NCBI RefSeq assembly: GCF_963921235.1
Contig: NC_086112.1
Span: forward strand, 42,532,001 to 42,596,000
DNA: 64,000 bases
Reading direction: 5' to 3'
DNA from: Mobula hypostoma
Taxonomy: Eukaryota
Shown: piece after piece, positions 62,887-64,000 of the stretch
Layout: every line of letters starts with the position of its first letter
How positions within the stretch are numbered: the first letter of the stretch is position 1
Notes under the pieces: model-generated
The model's input: only the letters and a program-made list of their open reading frames with translations
Told to the model about the DNA's origin: nothing
Database searches by the model: none
Program-made: the position numbers and the translations under genes

Positions 62887-64000
62887 CATTGCCTATAGAA
62901 AGTACTCAAACCCCCCCCCCCCGCCCCGGGGAGTTTTCATGTTTATTGTTTAACAATATTGAATCACAGTGGATTTAATTTGGCTTTTTTAACACTGATC
63001 AACAGAAAAAGGCTCTTGTGTCAAAGTGAAAATAGATCTCTATAAAGTGATATAAATTAATTACAAATATAAAACACAAAATAATTGATTGCAGGAGTAT
63101 TCGCCCCTTTCAAGTCAGTATTTAGCAGATGCGCCTTTGGCAGCAACTTCAGCCTTGAGTCCGTGTGGATAGGTCTCTATTAGCTTTGTACATCTGGACA
63201 CTGCAATTTTTCCCCTGTTGTTCTTTACAAAACTGCTCAAGCTCTGTCAGATTGCATGGAGATAGTGAGTGAACAGCCCTTTTCAAGTCCAGCCACAAAT
63301 TTTCAATTGGATTGAGGTCTGGACTCTGACTTGGCCACTCCAGGACATTAACTTTGTTGTTTTTAAGCCATTCCTGTGTAGGTTTGGCTTTATGCTTGGG
63401 GTCATTGTCTTGCTGGAAAACAAATCTTCTCTCAAGTTGCAGTTGCCTTGCAGACTGCATCAGATTTTCCTCCAGGATTTCCCTGTATTTTGTGCATTTA
63501 TTTTACCCTCTACCTTCAGAAGCCTTCCAGGGCCTGCTGCAGTGAAGCATCCCCCACAGCATGATGCAGCCACCACCATGCTTCAAGGTAGGGATGGTGT
63601 ATTTTTGATGATGTGTGGTGTTTGGCATAGCATTTAGTCCGATGGCCAAAAAAGCTCAATTTTGTTTTCATCAGACCATAGAACCTTCTTCCAGCTGACT
63701 TCAAAGTCTCCCATATGCCTTCTGGCCTCTGTCACTAATCCCTTTCTTCACGGTCATTCAGTTTTTGAGGTCAGCCTGCTCTAAGCAGATTTAAGCCATA
63801 TTCTTTCCATTTCTTGATGATAGACTTAACTGTACTCCAAGGGATATTCAGTGACCTGGAAATTTTCCTGACTTGTGCTTTACAATAACTTTTTTGCAGA
63901 GTTGCTTGGATGTTCTTTTGTCTTTGTGGTGTAGTTTTTGCCAGGATACTGACTCACCAGCAATTGGACCTTCCAGATACAGGTGTATTTTTACTACAGT
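62887..64000 (-). mobile_element. Tc1-like DNA transposon, degraded, runs off the right edge
   Basis: FQQDNDPKH...[17 protein letters not shown] (DD34E family); same family as 14049-15333. Confidence 0.88.

Overview
Eukaryotic (vertebrate) genomic DNA, not a prokaryotic window. The repeat content (CR1 with SGNH ORF1, Penelope-like elements, V-SINE-like SINEs, L1/Tx1, Tc1) suggests a cartilaginous fish; this is an inference. The window holds the conserved block KIF27 (first coding exon, -), QNG1/C9orf64 (4 coding exons, +, 340 aa), HNRNPK (13 coding exons, -, about 412 aa, with miR-7 in the last intron) and RMI1 (single coding exon, +, 648 aa). These form two head-to-head CpG-island promoter pairs, KIF27/QNG1 and HNRNPK/RMI1. 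Introns and intergenic DNA are dense with nested transposons, and most short ORFs in the track are repeat-derived or spurious. Main observations: (1) The last HNRNPK intron offers three alternative C-terminal cassettes, each exactly 31 coding nt. One lies inside a perfect 15-bp inverted repeat next to the miR-7 hairpin. (2) A 277-nt AG-free zone rich in CCC patches precedes a 44-nt HNRNPK exon, suggesting a distant branch point and autoregulation. (3) A dispersed Penelope-derived repeat family carries minimal type-I hammerhead ribozyme cores, including fold-back copies, one with its own target-site duplication. Gene names come from recalled protein similarity; no database search was run.
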